DNA of 63,983 bases, the filler included, from Trichomonas gallinae (lineage: Eukaryota), in the NCBI GenBank assembly GCA_008369845.1. It is 5 parts of 5 records of this genome, joined end to end, with 100 filler letters (N's around TTAATTAATTAA, not from the genome) between each part and the next. Parts side by side here need not be neighbours in the genome. Positions count along the whole stretch, not along the records: positions 13,602 to 37,876 come from MRSU01000101.1; positions 37,977 to 48,381 come from MRSU01000107.1; 3 more parts are not named here. One strand, written 5' to 3'. How positions within the stretch are numbered: position 1 is the first letter of the stretch; each line of letters begins with the position of its first letter. The notes below the pieces were generated by a model. The model was not told the DNA's origin and made no database searches. It saw only the letters and a list, made by a program, of their open reading frames with translations. Made by a program: the position numbers and the translations under genes. Below are positions 33,015 through 43,699 of this stretch, in pieces.

Positions 33015-35798
33015 ATGTTATCTGAAGAAATTCGAGCAGAACAAAACTTTGAGCCTCCATGTTTCCCATCAGAATGGGCCAGAAATGCTGGTGAACTGAA
33101 AACAGATACAAAATTCTATGTTTTAAAAATAGAATCTCATCAAACATCTGTTGTTAGAGAAATTCCGGAGATGGAGGAAGATATTGTCGATTCAGAAGGA
33201 ATAGTGTACATTTTTGGTGTAGATACTGAAGGCAGATCAATCACTTTAGTCGTCAAAGAGTTTTATCCATATTTTTATATGAAATATGTTGGAAATGAAG
33301 AAAGAAGAGACTTTGAACTTTGCTCACTTAAACTAGATCTTAACTCTCGCCTTAATAAATCAGTTAAAAAGATAGAAGATGTCGAAATGTATAATTTAGT
33401 TGGATATAAAGAAGGAAAAGATAAATATGTTCGCGTTTATACAAAAGATTACGAAAATGGATATGGAATGAATCAACTTACAGAGGAAATACGCGATAAA
33501 TGGCATGTTTACGAAACTCAGATCACAGTTAAAACACGATTTGCGAATGCTACAGGTATAAATCCTGGTATGTGGATAGAAACAAACGCAGAATTGACAA
33601 AAATATCCGATAAACTCACAAATTCGATTTTCGAATTTTCAATAAATTATCCTGATTTTAAATTCACATTAACAGACGAACCAGCACCAAATATACGCAT
33701 ATTATATCTTACTCAATTCTTAAATTCTGAAAGAAAACCAATAACTGTATCAGCATTGCTAAAAGATGGAGACAAACAGATCTGTAAGACATGCTTTGCT
33801 TATGGAGATCCAACAAATGTCGAAAATACTTATGTTTTCCCTTCACATGTTTATCTTGCTGAAGCATTTGCAAAATTTGTTCGTTTCGTGGATCCTGACA
33901 TTATTATATCTCCAGAACCAGTTGCAGATTCAATATTCAGACAAGATCTTAGCAGAAGAATCGATAGATCAGATTCATCATTGTATGGACGTGTTAGCAT
34001 AAATATATTAGAGCATCTTAAATTCCATAAGTATTGTTCTGCAAGAAACATCAAAGATGCAGCACATGATTTGCTTAAAATCGACATTTCAACAATTATT
34101 ACTCCATTACCTGGGCAAAAGCCTCCAGTTGCTCTTACATCTAATATAGGCATTAAGGAAGTTGAAGCTCTGCAGAAAATATCAGAAACCGTAAACTTTT
34201 TACCATTTTGTATCGAATATAGCAAAGTTATGTGCGTTTCAATATCATCAGGATCAACACCACTGATGATGGAGAAGCTTTGGTCCAAAATATACGACAA
34301 ATGCAACAAATTAGGATATGTCGTCAATCGAACATACAGATCTCCACCCAAAAACACAAATGGTGCACTCACATTCACTCCAACAGCAGGATACTACAAA
34401 GATTTCGTCGCTTCTCTGGATTTCGAAAGTCTTTATCCAAGTATCATGATTGCAAAGAATATGTGCTTCTCTACATATCTAAATGAAGTCTCTCCAGATA
34501 CTTTCGCTGTTGTAAATATTAACGAAAACCAATTCGCGGAAAATGACGAAGAAAATATTGTTGATACAGAAAATAAACCAAAAACCGAAGAAGACTTTTT
34601 AAACGAGCCAGATACGCCTTACTGCGAATTCGTTTCATCGGAAACAAGAAAAGGAATATTGCCATTAATTCTCGAAGAGCTAGTTTCTAAAAGAAAAGAA
34701 GTCAAAGAAGCAATCAAGATTACGAATGATGAAAAATTATTAACAACATTAAATTGCAGACAAATCGCGTTGAAACTCGGTGCAAACAGCGTATATGGAT
34801 TCACCTGCAGAGAACAGCTCGGATGCCAGGAATTTCCATGCGAAATCACTCATTTTGGAAGAGTTTGTCTAAAGAAGGCGAAGAAAGAAGTAGAAAATCT
34901 CGGATACGAAACTATTTATGGTGACACTGATTCATTATTTATTGTTTTCAAGAACAGAACAATAAACGAAGCGATTCAAGAGTCAAATGATATATGCGCG
35001 AAAGTCACAACTCATTTTCCGAATCCAGTAAGATTAAGACTTGATGGCATGTTCAAGAATTTGTTGATTTATTGCAAGAAGAAATATCTGGCAGCTATAT
35101 ATGATATCAGTGATGGACATATGGTTGGATTAGATACAAAAGGACAAACATTTGTAAGATCAAATGAAACCGATTTCATCAAAGAAACAGGTATAAATAT
35201 TTTCACGACATTAATAGTCAAAGATGATTTCAAAGGGGCTTTGCAAGTTGCCGAAAATGCTTTTAATGATCTATTCCGCGATAAAATCGAATACAGGAAA
35301 TTCATAATAACAAGCACAATATCGAGAGAACCATTATTGTATAAATCTAAAAATGTTTTAGTTGAAGTCGCAAACAAACATTCGCAGAGGACTGGTCTAG
35401 AGAAACCTCATCAAGGAGACATGGTTAGATATATAGTTTTCGCATCACCAAAGCCCAGAGATCCTTTGTATGCTAAAGCAGATGAACCTGTTTATGGACT
35501 AAAAAAAGGTTCATGCGTCGACTTCTGCTTATATGCTGGAAAGCTCATCAAATTATTGGACCAGATGAAAGTCATCGACGTAGAAGCTGTAGAAGCAAAA
35601 ATGAAATACTTAGAAGGTATAAACAAATCAAACATGAAACTAAAGTACGCGCATAGAACGAGAGAGCCAATAGCTGAGTTGAATGCAAAATGCAGAGAAT
35701 GCAGAGGAGGAGATTTCAATGATATTGAGTGCTTGACACTTGACTGTGAGTACTGCCTCAAGCAGGCACAATCGAAGTCACTCAAAAACTTCTTTTAA
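33015..35798 (+). CDS. Family-B DNA polymerase, Pol delta/zeta-like, exonuclease motifs degenerate
   Basis: SLDFESLYPSIM, RQIALKLGANSVYGFT, YGDTDSLF, KKKY; C-terminal CRECx9CxxxxC cluster. ATG at 33015. Confidence 0.93.
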   Translation: MLSEEIRAEQNFEPPCFPSEWARNAGELKTDTKFYVLKIESHQTSVVREIPEMEEDIVDSEGIVYIFGVDTEGRSITLVVKEFYPYFYMKYVGNEERRDFELCSLKLDLNSRLNKSVKKIEDVEMYNLVGYKEGKDKYVRVYTKDYENGYGMNQLTEEIRDKWHVYETQITVKTRFANATGINPGMWIETNAELTKISDKLTNSIFEFSINYPDFKFTLTDEPAPNIRILYLTQFLNSERKPITVSALLKDGDKQICKTCFAYGDPTNVENTYVFPSHVYLAEAFAKFVRFVDPDIIISPEPVADSIFRQDLSRRIDRSDSSLYGRVSINILEHLKFHKYCSARNIKDAAHDLLKIDISTIITPLPGQKPPVALTSNIGIKEVEALQKISETVNFLPFCIEYSKVMCVSISSGSTPLMMEKLWSKIYDKCNKLGYVVNRTYRSPPKNTNGALTFTPTAGYYKDFVASLDFESLYPSIMIAKNMCFSTYLNEVSPDTFAVVNINENQFAENDEENIVDTENKPKTEEDFLNEPDTPYCEFVSSETRKGILPLILEELVSKRKEVKEAIKITNDEKLLTTLNCRQIALKLGANSVYGFTCREQLGCQEFPCEITHFGRVCLKKAKKEVENLGYETIYGDTDSLFIVFKNRTINEAIQESNDICAKVTTHFPNPVRLRLDGMFKNLLIYCKKKYLAAIYDISDGHMVGLDTKGQTFVRSNETDFIKETGINIFTTLIVKDDFKGALQVAENAFNDLFRDKIEYRKFIITSTISREPLLYKSKNVLVEVANKHSQRTGLEKPHQGDMVRYIVFASPKPRDPLYAKADEPVYGLKKGSCVDFCLYAGKLIKLLDQMKVIDVEAVEAKMKYLEGINKSNMKLKYAHRTREPIAELNAKCRECRGGDFNDIECLTLDCEYCLKQAQSKSLKNFF

Positions 35799-36268
35799 GT
35801 TTTTGTTGTTTTCGGAATTTAATATTATTTTTTATTTTCTTATTTTAAAGATTTAAATCATAAGAAATTGTTTAAACAGAAATATAATTTATACAATCAA
35901 TCAATTAATTCTTGAAAACGTGCTTTAGGTTAGAAAATTTTATCAAATTACGTTTTTATTGAGTTAATTTCAAAATTTCTATATAATTAATCATAAAATG
36001 GATACAACTCATTACAATAAGTCGAGATATTGGCTGTTTACATATTTAAAAATATGAAAATATATTTTTGTAAATTTAATGAAGTTAGGCATTTCAATGA
36101 TATATGATAGTGTGAAACCTGTATATAGAATTTGATATCAGGTTGGATATCATTCGTATAAATTAAAATATAATTTTAACGACAGAATTAAACGATTTTA
36201 AACATTCGTGTATAAGTAAATGATTGATGGAATAACATACATTATATCAAAATACTAATATTAAGAAA

Positions 36269-36979
36269 TTATTTTGATTTGCTTTTTGTGATGCATTGTG
36301 ATACATTAAATCCTCCGCATATTAAAATCATAACAATAATTGAGACTACAATGATGAATATTGTAATCAAAATTGCAATTTTATGGCGTTGCCAACAGAT
36401 CTTTAGACGAAGGTGTGTAAGAGATTCATCGTAATGTTCTTGATTGAATGTGATTGTTAAATCTGTATTTTGTTCGTTGTTAGGCAACAAATGTTCTTCT
36501 CTCGAATCTTCAAGTCTAACAACTGGATCTGGATCAACTGGTAGTTTGTGTTCATCCAAAATAATTTCAGGATGATCAGGTTCCTCTGGTTGTTCTTCTT
36601 CTTTTCTATCTTTGTTATATTTTGTAATTAATTCTTTAATTTTTGGATCGAATTTGGTTTCTATTTCTTCATCTGTCATCCTATTGTTATCAGAATCATA
36701 AAAAGCAAGCCATAATTTTTTCAGTTCACTTAAAAACGCGCCGCAGCTCGAAGTATCAACTGCTTTGTCAGTCATTACGATATAATTAGCAGCTTTATCC
36801 GAACGAACTGTGTATAAATGCGATCTTTTTTCAACGACAGATATTGGAAAGCTTTTATCGAGTTTATCGAGAAGATTTGCAGTTTCCGTGTCTATTAACA
36901 CATCATCTCTTGGATACTGAGACAGAATTTTAGTGTCAATGGAAATTGCACCAAATCTGAATAAACCAATTTTCTCCAT
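36269..36979 (-). CDS. Longin-domain, tail-anchored VAMP7-like protein lacking a clear SNARE motif
   Basis: N-terminal longin pattern (FGAISIDTKILSQY; YIVMTD...AFLSELKKLW). Juxtamembrane LRLKICWQRHK, TM helix, then an ICGGF..C tail typical of VAMP7-type proteins. Confidence 0.75.
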   Translation of the reverse strand: MEKIGLFRFGAISIDTKILSQYPRDDVLIDTETANLLDKLDKSFPISVVEKRSHLYTVRSDKAANYIVMTDKAVDTSSCGAFLSELKKLWLAFYDSDNNRMTDEEIETKFDPKIKELITKYNKDRKEEEQPEEPDHPEIILDEHKLPVDPDPVVRLEDSREEHLLPNNEQNTDLTITFNQEHYDESLTHLRLKICWQRHKIAILITIFIIVVSIIVMILICGGFNVSQCITKSKSK

Positions 36980-36996
36980 AAATTGATAAATTACGA

Positions 36997-37160
36997 ACGA
37001 TTATTTTCTCCTCAAACAATTCTTGACAATTTACATGACAAACGAATCTTTACATGACAAAATATACGATTATTTACCTCTCAAATTATTATGACAATTT
37101 ACATGACAAAAATTACGATTATTTTTCTTCTCAAAACATTTTGACAATTTACATGACAAA
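36997..37160. repeat. Three ~50-nt direct repeats containing TGACAATTTACATGACAAA
   Basis: Unit ACGATTATTT...CTCAAA...TGACAATTTACATGACAAA occurs three times, plus one extra TTTACATGACAAA, directly upstream of the longin gene. Confidence 0.9.
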
Positions 37161-37782
37161 AACATCTTCAATGTAATTCAGGAGGAAATACATGGATGTC
37201 GTAAATGTTAACAATAGTTGTTTTGAGATCCTAGAGATAAACCTAGGTGTGACTATGAGGTGGATTATATAAAAGCGCTTTTTCTGAAATGACATTTTTT
37301 AAAAATGAACTCACATTTGTCACTTTTCATTATAATCTAGAGAGAAGTTAATTCTGAGAAGTATGTAGTAATACATGGAAATTGCAATAAAAACAAATTC
37401 AATGACGAGCCGTTATTTCGTAAAACCTTTCGTAAAAATATTAATAATATATGATGGATCATTTTGATACAACAAAATTGTATTGCTCATAAAATAAATC
37501 TAATGTCACTTTTAAGGCCAAATTTAACCAACATTTTGCGGCATTCACAAAAACTTATTCTCTTATTATTCCAAGTAATATACATGCTTTTAATCCAACT
37601 CAAATTTTGATGATTAAAACCGCTAAAATGTTATTAAAATATCAATATTGTCTTCGAAAAATATATCATTAAACCATGTGATTTACTATTTTGATAATTT
37701 TCATTTCAAAACAAATCAAAATTCAATATCTATTCTTAATTTTATTAAGTTTAAGCATTGAATTTTTTTTTTACACTCATTT

Positions 37783-37876
37783 ATGTTCGGAGTGGCCTTA
37801 TTTGCATCTCATATAAGCGCACAGTGCTCTATAACCATTAAGAACTATCAAGGAAAAGTCATTGCTGAAGAAAACT
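37783..37876 (+). CDS. 5' fragment of a gene cut by the contig end (signal-peptide-like start)
   Basis: Inr-like TCATTT then ATG 37783: MFGVALFASHISAQCSITIKNYQGKVIAEEN, open up to the linker. Confidence 0.55.
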
Positions 37877-37976
37877 NNNNNNNNNNNNNNNNNNNNNNNN
37901 NNNNNNNNNNNNNNNNNNNNTTAATTAATTAANNNNNNNNNNNNNNNNNNNNNNNNNNNNNNNNNNNNNNNNNNNN
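37877..37976. other. Artificial contig linker
   Basis: N44-TTAATTAATTAA-N44. Confidence 0.97.
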
Positions 37977-38858
37977 ATCAAATCTCCTTTCGTGAGTCCA
38001 AATGTTCGAGAGAAATTCTTCAAGATGTACAATGATTTCATTTCTTCTCAGTTGAAAATAAATGATACGAAAGAATTCCATTCATTTATTCAGGGTGCTC
38101 TCATTCCAGATCCAAATATAACAGATAAGTATCCAAGAATCACAATATGTAATAACTTCAAACACCTTAGAAGATACCAAGAGTTTCATGATAATTTAAC
38201 TCTTGAGTCTCTCAAATTGGAGCTTAAAAACATTGAATCAGAAATGAAGCAGCTCCTACTAAAACAATCAGAGACAAAAGTGCAAATTGAAAACGAAACA
38301 AAGGCTGTTCAAGTTTATGAAGCCAAAATCAAAGAAAATCAATATATAATCCAAGAAGCAGGAGATAAACAGGCCAAAAAAGATGATTTCAATAAAATGA
38401 TTCAAGATTTCGAAGCAGAAAAACAGAAGCATAAAGACAGGATAGAGAAACTGAAGTCAATAGACTATGATGGATTAATTAAAAACAATGAGAATTACTA
38501 CAAAGTAATAGAGAATAGTATCATATCTATTGAGTCAACTCGTCTGCAGATTCAAAATGAAAATCAAAAGTTGATTGAGAAAATCAAAAATTACGAAACA
38601 TTAATTGATCAAAACAACAATCTGATTGATTATCTAAATACAAGCATTGCTAGACAAAATAAATCAATTGATATTAATACCAAAATGTTGAATGAAATAA
38701 AGCTTGTACCAGTGGAGATCGAAATGGAAATAAAGATGTTGCAAAAGCGCAAAGAAAATCGCCAAAAAGATTTCGAAGCATTGCAAAATTATATTGCGGA
38801 AAAGCAAAAAGCAGAGGACGAGATGATGAATCTTTTATCAGTTCCTACACAAATGTGA
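37977..38858 (+). CDS. Coiled-coil protein, probably 5'-truncated by the linker
   Basis: Frame is open from the first base after the linker; heptad-rich E/K/N/Q sequence. Confidence 0.7.
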   Translation: MKSPFVSPNVREKFFKMYNDFISSQLKINDTKEFHSFIQGALIPDPNITDKYPRITICNNFKHLRRYQEFHDNLTLESLKLELKNIESEMKQLLLKQSETKVQIENETKAVQVYEAKIKENQYIIQEAGDKQAKKDDFNKMIQDFEAEKQKHKDRIEKLKSIDYDGLIKNNENYYKVIENSIISIESTRLQIQNENQKLIEKIKNYETLIDQNNNLIDYLNTSIARQNKSIDINTKMLNEIKLVPVEIEMEIKMLQKRKENRQKDFEALQNYIAEKQKAEDEMMNLLSVPTQM

Positions 38859-38994
38859 ACAAAACATATTCCAATCCTTTTTTATTTATCTGATTAATTT
38901 AAATAAAAAAGACATTTTTATCATCAAAAAACTGATCTTGAGTTGTACAATATAACAAATATCATTTTAATTCAGAATAAAACAAATAATAAAA

Positions 38995-41900
38995 CTATTT
39001 TGGATTAAGAAGTGGCCAGTTCTTCTTAACCGGTGGATACAAATCGCTTGCTTTTGGCTTCTTCGGCGTCAAAGCAAGCAATGCTTTTTCTGTATCAGCG
39101 TGCGGGAGTCCTATTGGAGAGTGCATGTGTCCTGACATCTTCTGGACTCTCCTCAGAGCTGCCAGCACTGCGATAAGTGTCGACATTGTTGGCCTTGGAT
39201 TAACGATTTTCTGTCTGTCGAGGCCATTTGCGAATATTGCTTTCTCACTCCTCAATATCTCCATGTGCCTCCACATCCTCTTCTTGCCGAGCGAGCTCAT
39301 CACCGCTTCACCTATAGCGAATCTCAGCTCTGACGGCTTCTTTGTCAACGCGTAGCTGTCAGAAATCACACCGTGTATGTGAATCGCCCAGTCCATCCAA
39401 TCCTGGCTCTCGTCCGCCGACGCGGCCTGAGTCGAGACCTTGCTTATCAGATCCTTCACTTCAGTGTGCTCGACTTCTATGCTGCCTCTGATGTTCTCGT
39501 ACTCATGGCACTTTTCAAGGCAGTTAGAAATTGCTTTGACAATAGAATCGTTATCATTCAGGCCGAGCAATGCCTGTGCGTCTGAATACTCTGAGAGCTT
39601 CCTTGACGCCGTGTTTCCGCTCGCTGTCTTGTTGTCTATTTCGCTGCTGACCCTGTCCAACAGCTCGTTGACGGAAACTTCGTCTATCGGCTTCGAAAAG
39701 TCGACGAAACTGCTGAACTTTTCGCAGACGGAAATCAAGAAATTCCTGAATGACTCTCTTGCTGCATTCTCCGCCTCGCTCATCTTCTTCTTCAGGGCTG
39801 CTTCATTCGCCATGAGAGACATCTGTACCTGTGCTTGGCTCGCTTGTTTCTCGCGTTTTCCTTTCTCTTCCAAAGACTTATACTTCATCGCGAGCATCTT
39901 GAAGTCGACTCTGATCTCTGCGAGTTGATCTGACAGCTCCTTGTTGGTCTTCTGTAGATCTGAGTTTATTTTAGTTGAGCTGTCCTCGTATTGTCTCATT
40001 TCGTCAAGTTTTTGTTTAAGGTTATTAACTAAAACTTCATAATTTTGCGTAATTTCGTCGCTGTGCTTTTCTGCTTCTTCCCTTTCCTTGTTCGCTTTGG
40101 CTACTTCTTCCTTGCATTGCTGGCGTGCTTGTTTAATTAATTCTGTAGTTTCTTCTTCTTTCTTGTTGATTAAACTATGAAGCTTATCAATCTCGTCGCC
40201 AACTTTCATTAATTCCGCTTTGTGGCGCTCTTCGATTTCTTCCTGAAGCTCTTTCATCGAATCTTCGTGAGCATCAATCAGCTGCTTGTTGTGTTCGAGT
40301 TCTTCGGCAACTAATTCTTTGAGTTTGCTGATTTCATCAGAATATTTCTCGTTTGTAGCCTGAAGTGTGTCGATTTCGCTGTGTAGTTCGTCTATCTGTT
40401 CCACGTAAAGCTTTTCACCCTTAGAAAGTTTATCAGAAAGCGAATTATTTTCTTGATTTAATTTTTCAAGTTGAGATTTGAGTTCATTTATCTCATTTTC
40501 GTATTTCTCTTCGTCATTCTTCTTTTCTTCGTCCTTCTTTTGGATTAATTCGTTCAAATCAATAATATTTTGTTCAAGACGTTGAGTATAACGTTCCTGC
40601 TCTGAATAATAGTCATCAGGTGACATCTCTGAGTCATCTTCGATTGTGTCATTGAGGATTTGAAGAAGTTTGAGAGATTTGTGATTATTTTCGTCTGGTT
40701 TTCTTAATTCTTCCTTGGCATTGTTGATCTTGCGCTGCAGTTCTTCTTTTTCATGCTCAAGACATGAGATTTGGTATTCGAGTTCATGAGTTTTAGATTC
40801 GATTTCGTCTTTAGTTGAAGCTTCTGAGTCAGCCATTTCATCTCTAAGCTGTCTCATCTCTGCCATAAGCAGGAGACTTCTATTTTGAAGTTCACTTGCA
40901 TATTTCGTGAGAATTGAATTTGCAAGAGAAAATTGTTCAAGTAAGACCAAAGCTTCAGCATCAGCTGACTTGAATATGTCTGCCTTGTTGAGTTTCTTGT
41001 CTATGAAAGCTGGGAAATGAGCGAAAGAGTCGCAAAGATCTTGTTGTCCTTCAAGAAGCTTATTTGCTTGAAGATAAGCTTCCACACGTGCTGTCTGTGC
41101 TGCTAGTTTAGTCCTGAAGTCTTCCGGCATCGCGTGAGAAAGAAGCCATTCTTGAATTTCCGAGCTGTTGCTTACGTGGTCAATAAACTGGACCATGTTG
41201 GCAATATAGTTTACTAGACGAGTATTTTGCTCTTTAAGAGACTCCATGTCTGCGTTATACTGCTCCATTTTAATTGTGAAAGCATTTGAGCAGAGAGACG
41301 AGTTGAGCAGTGTTGCGAATGCAGATACAACCTTTTCTGTTGTCGTTGTTCCGCTTTGCGTGAGAATTCCTTCAAGCTGGATGGAAAGATTTGTTATTGG
41401 CAGTTCGTCTTTGATATAGTTAAGAACTGCACGTGCTACTTCAATGTGCGTGCATTCCTTGGTGGTCTTTATCTGATTGAGCTCGCAATTCTCATTTTCC
41501 AGAGAAATCTTTTGTTCTTCAAGATTCTTTTTATCTATTAAAGCAGTTTCAAGCTGCTTTTCGAGCATTGCGATGATTTCGTTCTGCTTTTGCACGACAC
41601 TCTGCATTTGTGTCCTTTTCGCGTTTTCTTCTGTTAATTCTGAATTTGCTGATTCGAGATTTGCTGAAATTAAGTCCATTGCCTTCTGTAATTTAGAGAT
41701 TTGCCTGTCTTTAGTCTGTAGAGCATCAAGATTTGCCTTGTCGTTCTGAATATTTTGAAGATTTCGCTGTAATTCGACATTTTCGAATTCAAGCTTTTGT
41801 AGTTCCATATTTAGTGTTGCATTCTTCTTACTAATCGATTTATTGTCGTCTTGAAGTTTAGAATTCAATGCTTTCAGATCATTGATTTTCATTTTACGTT

Positions 41901-42855
41901 TCCGCGCAATATTTTGTAATTCTTCGTACTGCATTTGAACGACCTGCTTTTCTGTATCAGTGACAAGTAGCTGATGATCAGCTTTCTCGCTATCTCCGAT
42001 TCTTGAATTTAATTCCTTACGAAGAGACTGTAATTGAGCATTAAGACCGTTAATAATATTTTCGTTCTGTTTAATTTGTTGGACAGCGGAGTTGTATTGT
42101 GCATGTAACGATTGATAATCTTTTTCGATTTCGGAATTTTCTTGAAGAAGTTCGTCATTTTGTTTGTGTGCATCCATTAGCTCGTTGATAACAGTGTTGT
42201 ATTTAGTTTGTAAACTTTCATCGGAAATTTTCGAATCTGAGTCGTTATTTTCATTCGAATCATTATTTTGTAGTAGAGAAACTATGTGTTCGTAGAATGG
42301 ATTTTTTTCTTGAGCTGTATTACGGAGTTGGCCTTGAGTTAAATTCGAATCAGAATTATCTTGGAAATTAGTTGTAGATTTCAATTGTTCATCGTATTTC
42401 TTTTGTAAAACTGCTAATTGTTTTTGAAGATTTTTGTTTTCAGATTCCAAATCAATTATTTTCTGGGAATCGTGGTTTGTTTTTAGCATCAACTGCATCG
42501 CATAAACTATTATCCTATATGCTTGGAATGGGATGCCTCCAGGTCCAACTATTTTCGAAGGTCCTTTATTCAAATTCTCCAATCCTGCGATAATTTTCTC
42601 CACACTTTCACGTATAGCTGTATAGTCATTTTCGGGCAAAACTAAATCGGAATCACCCTCTTCTGTAACGGATTTGAGCAATTGTGATAATTGTTCGCAT
42701 TTTACATACAAAGAGTTAACAGCAGCGCTATCAAGGTATTCTATATTTTGTGATGAAGAAGAAAGACTACATCTTTCATCAGAAATGTGCTGATCTAACA
42801 GATGTTGACCGATTTTCTCCATCTTTGGAAGTAAACGGTCTCCAAAAAGTGTCAT
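38995..42855 (-). CDS. Large coiled-coil protein (~1290 aa)
   Basis: Long ORF with likely ATG at 42855 after Inr-like TCACTTTT (track start 42903 is TTG). Extensive heptads and a basic/hydrophobic C-terminal motif. Confidence 0.88.
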   Translation of the reverse strand: MTLFGDRLLPKMEKIGQHLLDQHISDERCSLSSSSQNIEYLDSAAVNSLYVKCEQLSQLLKSVTEEGDSDLVLPENDYTAIRESVEKIIAGLENLNKGPSKIVGPGGIPFQAYRIIVYAMQLMLKTNHDSQKIIDLESENKNLQKQLAVLQKKYDEQLKSTTNFQDNSDSNLTQGQLRNTAQEKNPFYEHIVSLLQNNDSNENNDSDSKISDESLQTKYNTVINELMDAHKQNDELLQENSEIEKDYQSLHAQYNSAVQQIKQNENIINGLNAQLQSLRKELNSRIGDSEKADHQLLVTDTEKQVVQMQYEELQNIARKRKMKINDLKALNSKLQDDNKSISKKNATLNMELQKLEFENVELQRNLQNIQNDKANLDALQTKDRQISKLQKAMDLISANLESANSELTEENAKRTQMQSVVQKQNEIIAMLEKQLETALIDKKNLEEQKISLENENCELNQIKTTKECTHIEVARAVLNYIKDELPITNLSIQLEGILTQSGTTTTEKVVSAFATLLNSSLCSNAFTIKMEQYNADMESLKEQNTRLVNYIANMVQFIDHVSNSSEIQEWLLSHAMPEDFRTKLAAQTARVEAYLQANKLLEGQQDLCDSFAHFPAFIDKKLNKADIFKSADAEALVLLEQFSLANSILTKYASELQNRSLLLMAEMRQLRDEMADSEASTKDEIESKTHELEYQISCLEHEKEELQRKINNAKEELRKPDENNHKSLKLLQILNDTIEDDSEMSPDDYYSEQERYTQRLEQNIIDLNELIQKKDEEKKNDEEKYENEINELKSQLEKLNQENNSLSDKLSKGEKLYVEQIDELHSEIDTLQATNEKYSDEISKLKELVAEELEHNKQLIDAHEDSMKELQEEIEERHKAELMKVGDEIDKLHSLINKKEEETTELIKQARQQCKEEVAKANKEREEAEKHSDEITQNYEVLVNNLKQKLDEMRQYEDSSTKINSDLQKTNKELSDQLAEIRVDFKMLAMKYKSLEEKGKREKQASQAQVQMSLMANEAALKKKMSEAENAARESFRNFLISVCEKFSSFVDFSKPIDEVSVNELLDRVSSEIDNKTASGNTASRKLSEYSDAQALLGLNDNDSIVKAISNCLEKCHEYENIRGSIEVEHTEVKDLISKVSTQAASADESQDWMDWAIHIHGVISDSYALTKKPSELRFAIGEAVMSSLGKKRMWRHMEILRSEKAIFANGLDRQKIVNPRPTMSTLIAVLAALRRVQKMSGHMHSPIGLPHADTEKALLALTPKKPKASDLYPPVKKNWPLLNPK

Positions 42856-43699
42856 ATTAGAAAAGTGACAAATGTCAAAAATCTTTCTTTTTAAATTATT
42901 CAATATCTATTAGAGAGATTCTTTATATTTTCTATATTGAGAAATTAAACATTATACTAAACCTATATATAAAATTTTATTAAAATTCAAATAGCCAATC
43001 TCGCTACATAATCTTTTTTTTTTTTTTCAAAACAATCAAATATTAAAACTAAATGATGGAAATGTTGACAAAAAGTGAGTATAGTATCAAATAATAGTGT
43101 TGATATTTTTAGAAATTTATTAGTACTTGAGCATATATCGGATGAAAAGATCGAGAAGGTTAAACACCATAACTTCGTGCTTCGATATATTATCATCAAA
43201 AAGCTAGTTCCAAACATAATATAATAAATAAAGATGATAGTATTATTATGATTATTCAGTATGAAATCTCAAAGATTAAGACAAGGGAATAAATGCGCTA
43301 TAATATTTAATCTGACATGTAAAATGTCAAATATTACAAGTAATGACACAATGGTTGAATATGACATGTAAATTGCCAAATATTCATTGTAATGTCAGGA
43401 TATCCTCACAAAAAATCGATTTTCTCATTAAAATGTTTTTTGGAAATCGATATTTATTATCACTGTAAGGCATCGCCTGTTTCTATCATAGAAATTCTGT
43501 TTTTTATTTTCAAAATCAATAATAAGGTTAAATAATGACGAAGAAAAATTTTGACATGTAAATAAAATTTTTGACAAATGAGCGGCATGTTGATCATTAT
43601 ATTAAATAAGATAACAAAAAATGATGAAAAAAATAGAAAAATTGAATGGTTTACGGAACATTCAACGATAGAAAATTTTCACTTCATATAAATCTAAGG

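Noticed and set aside
33015..35798. Maverick/Polinton or viral polymerase
   Set aside because: Motifs and the C-terminal Cys cluster are cellular delta/zeta-type, not protein-primed; no integrase, ATPase, capsid or TIRs nearby.
36997..37160. CRISPR-like repeat-spacer array
   Set aside because: Eukaryotic context, spacers are similar to each other, only three units, no cas genes.
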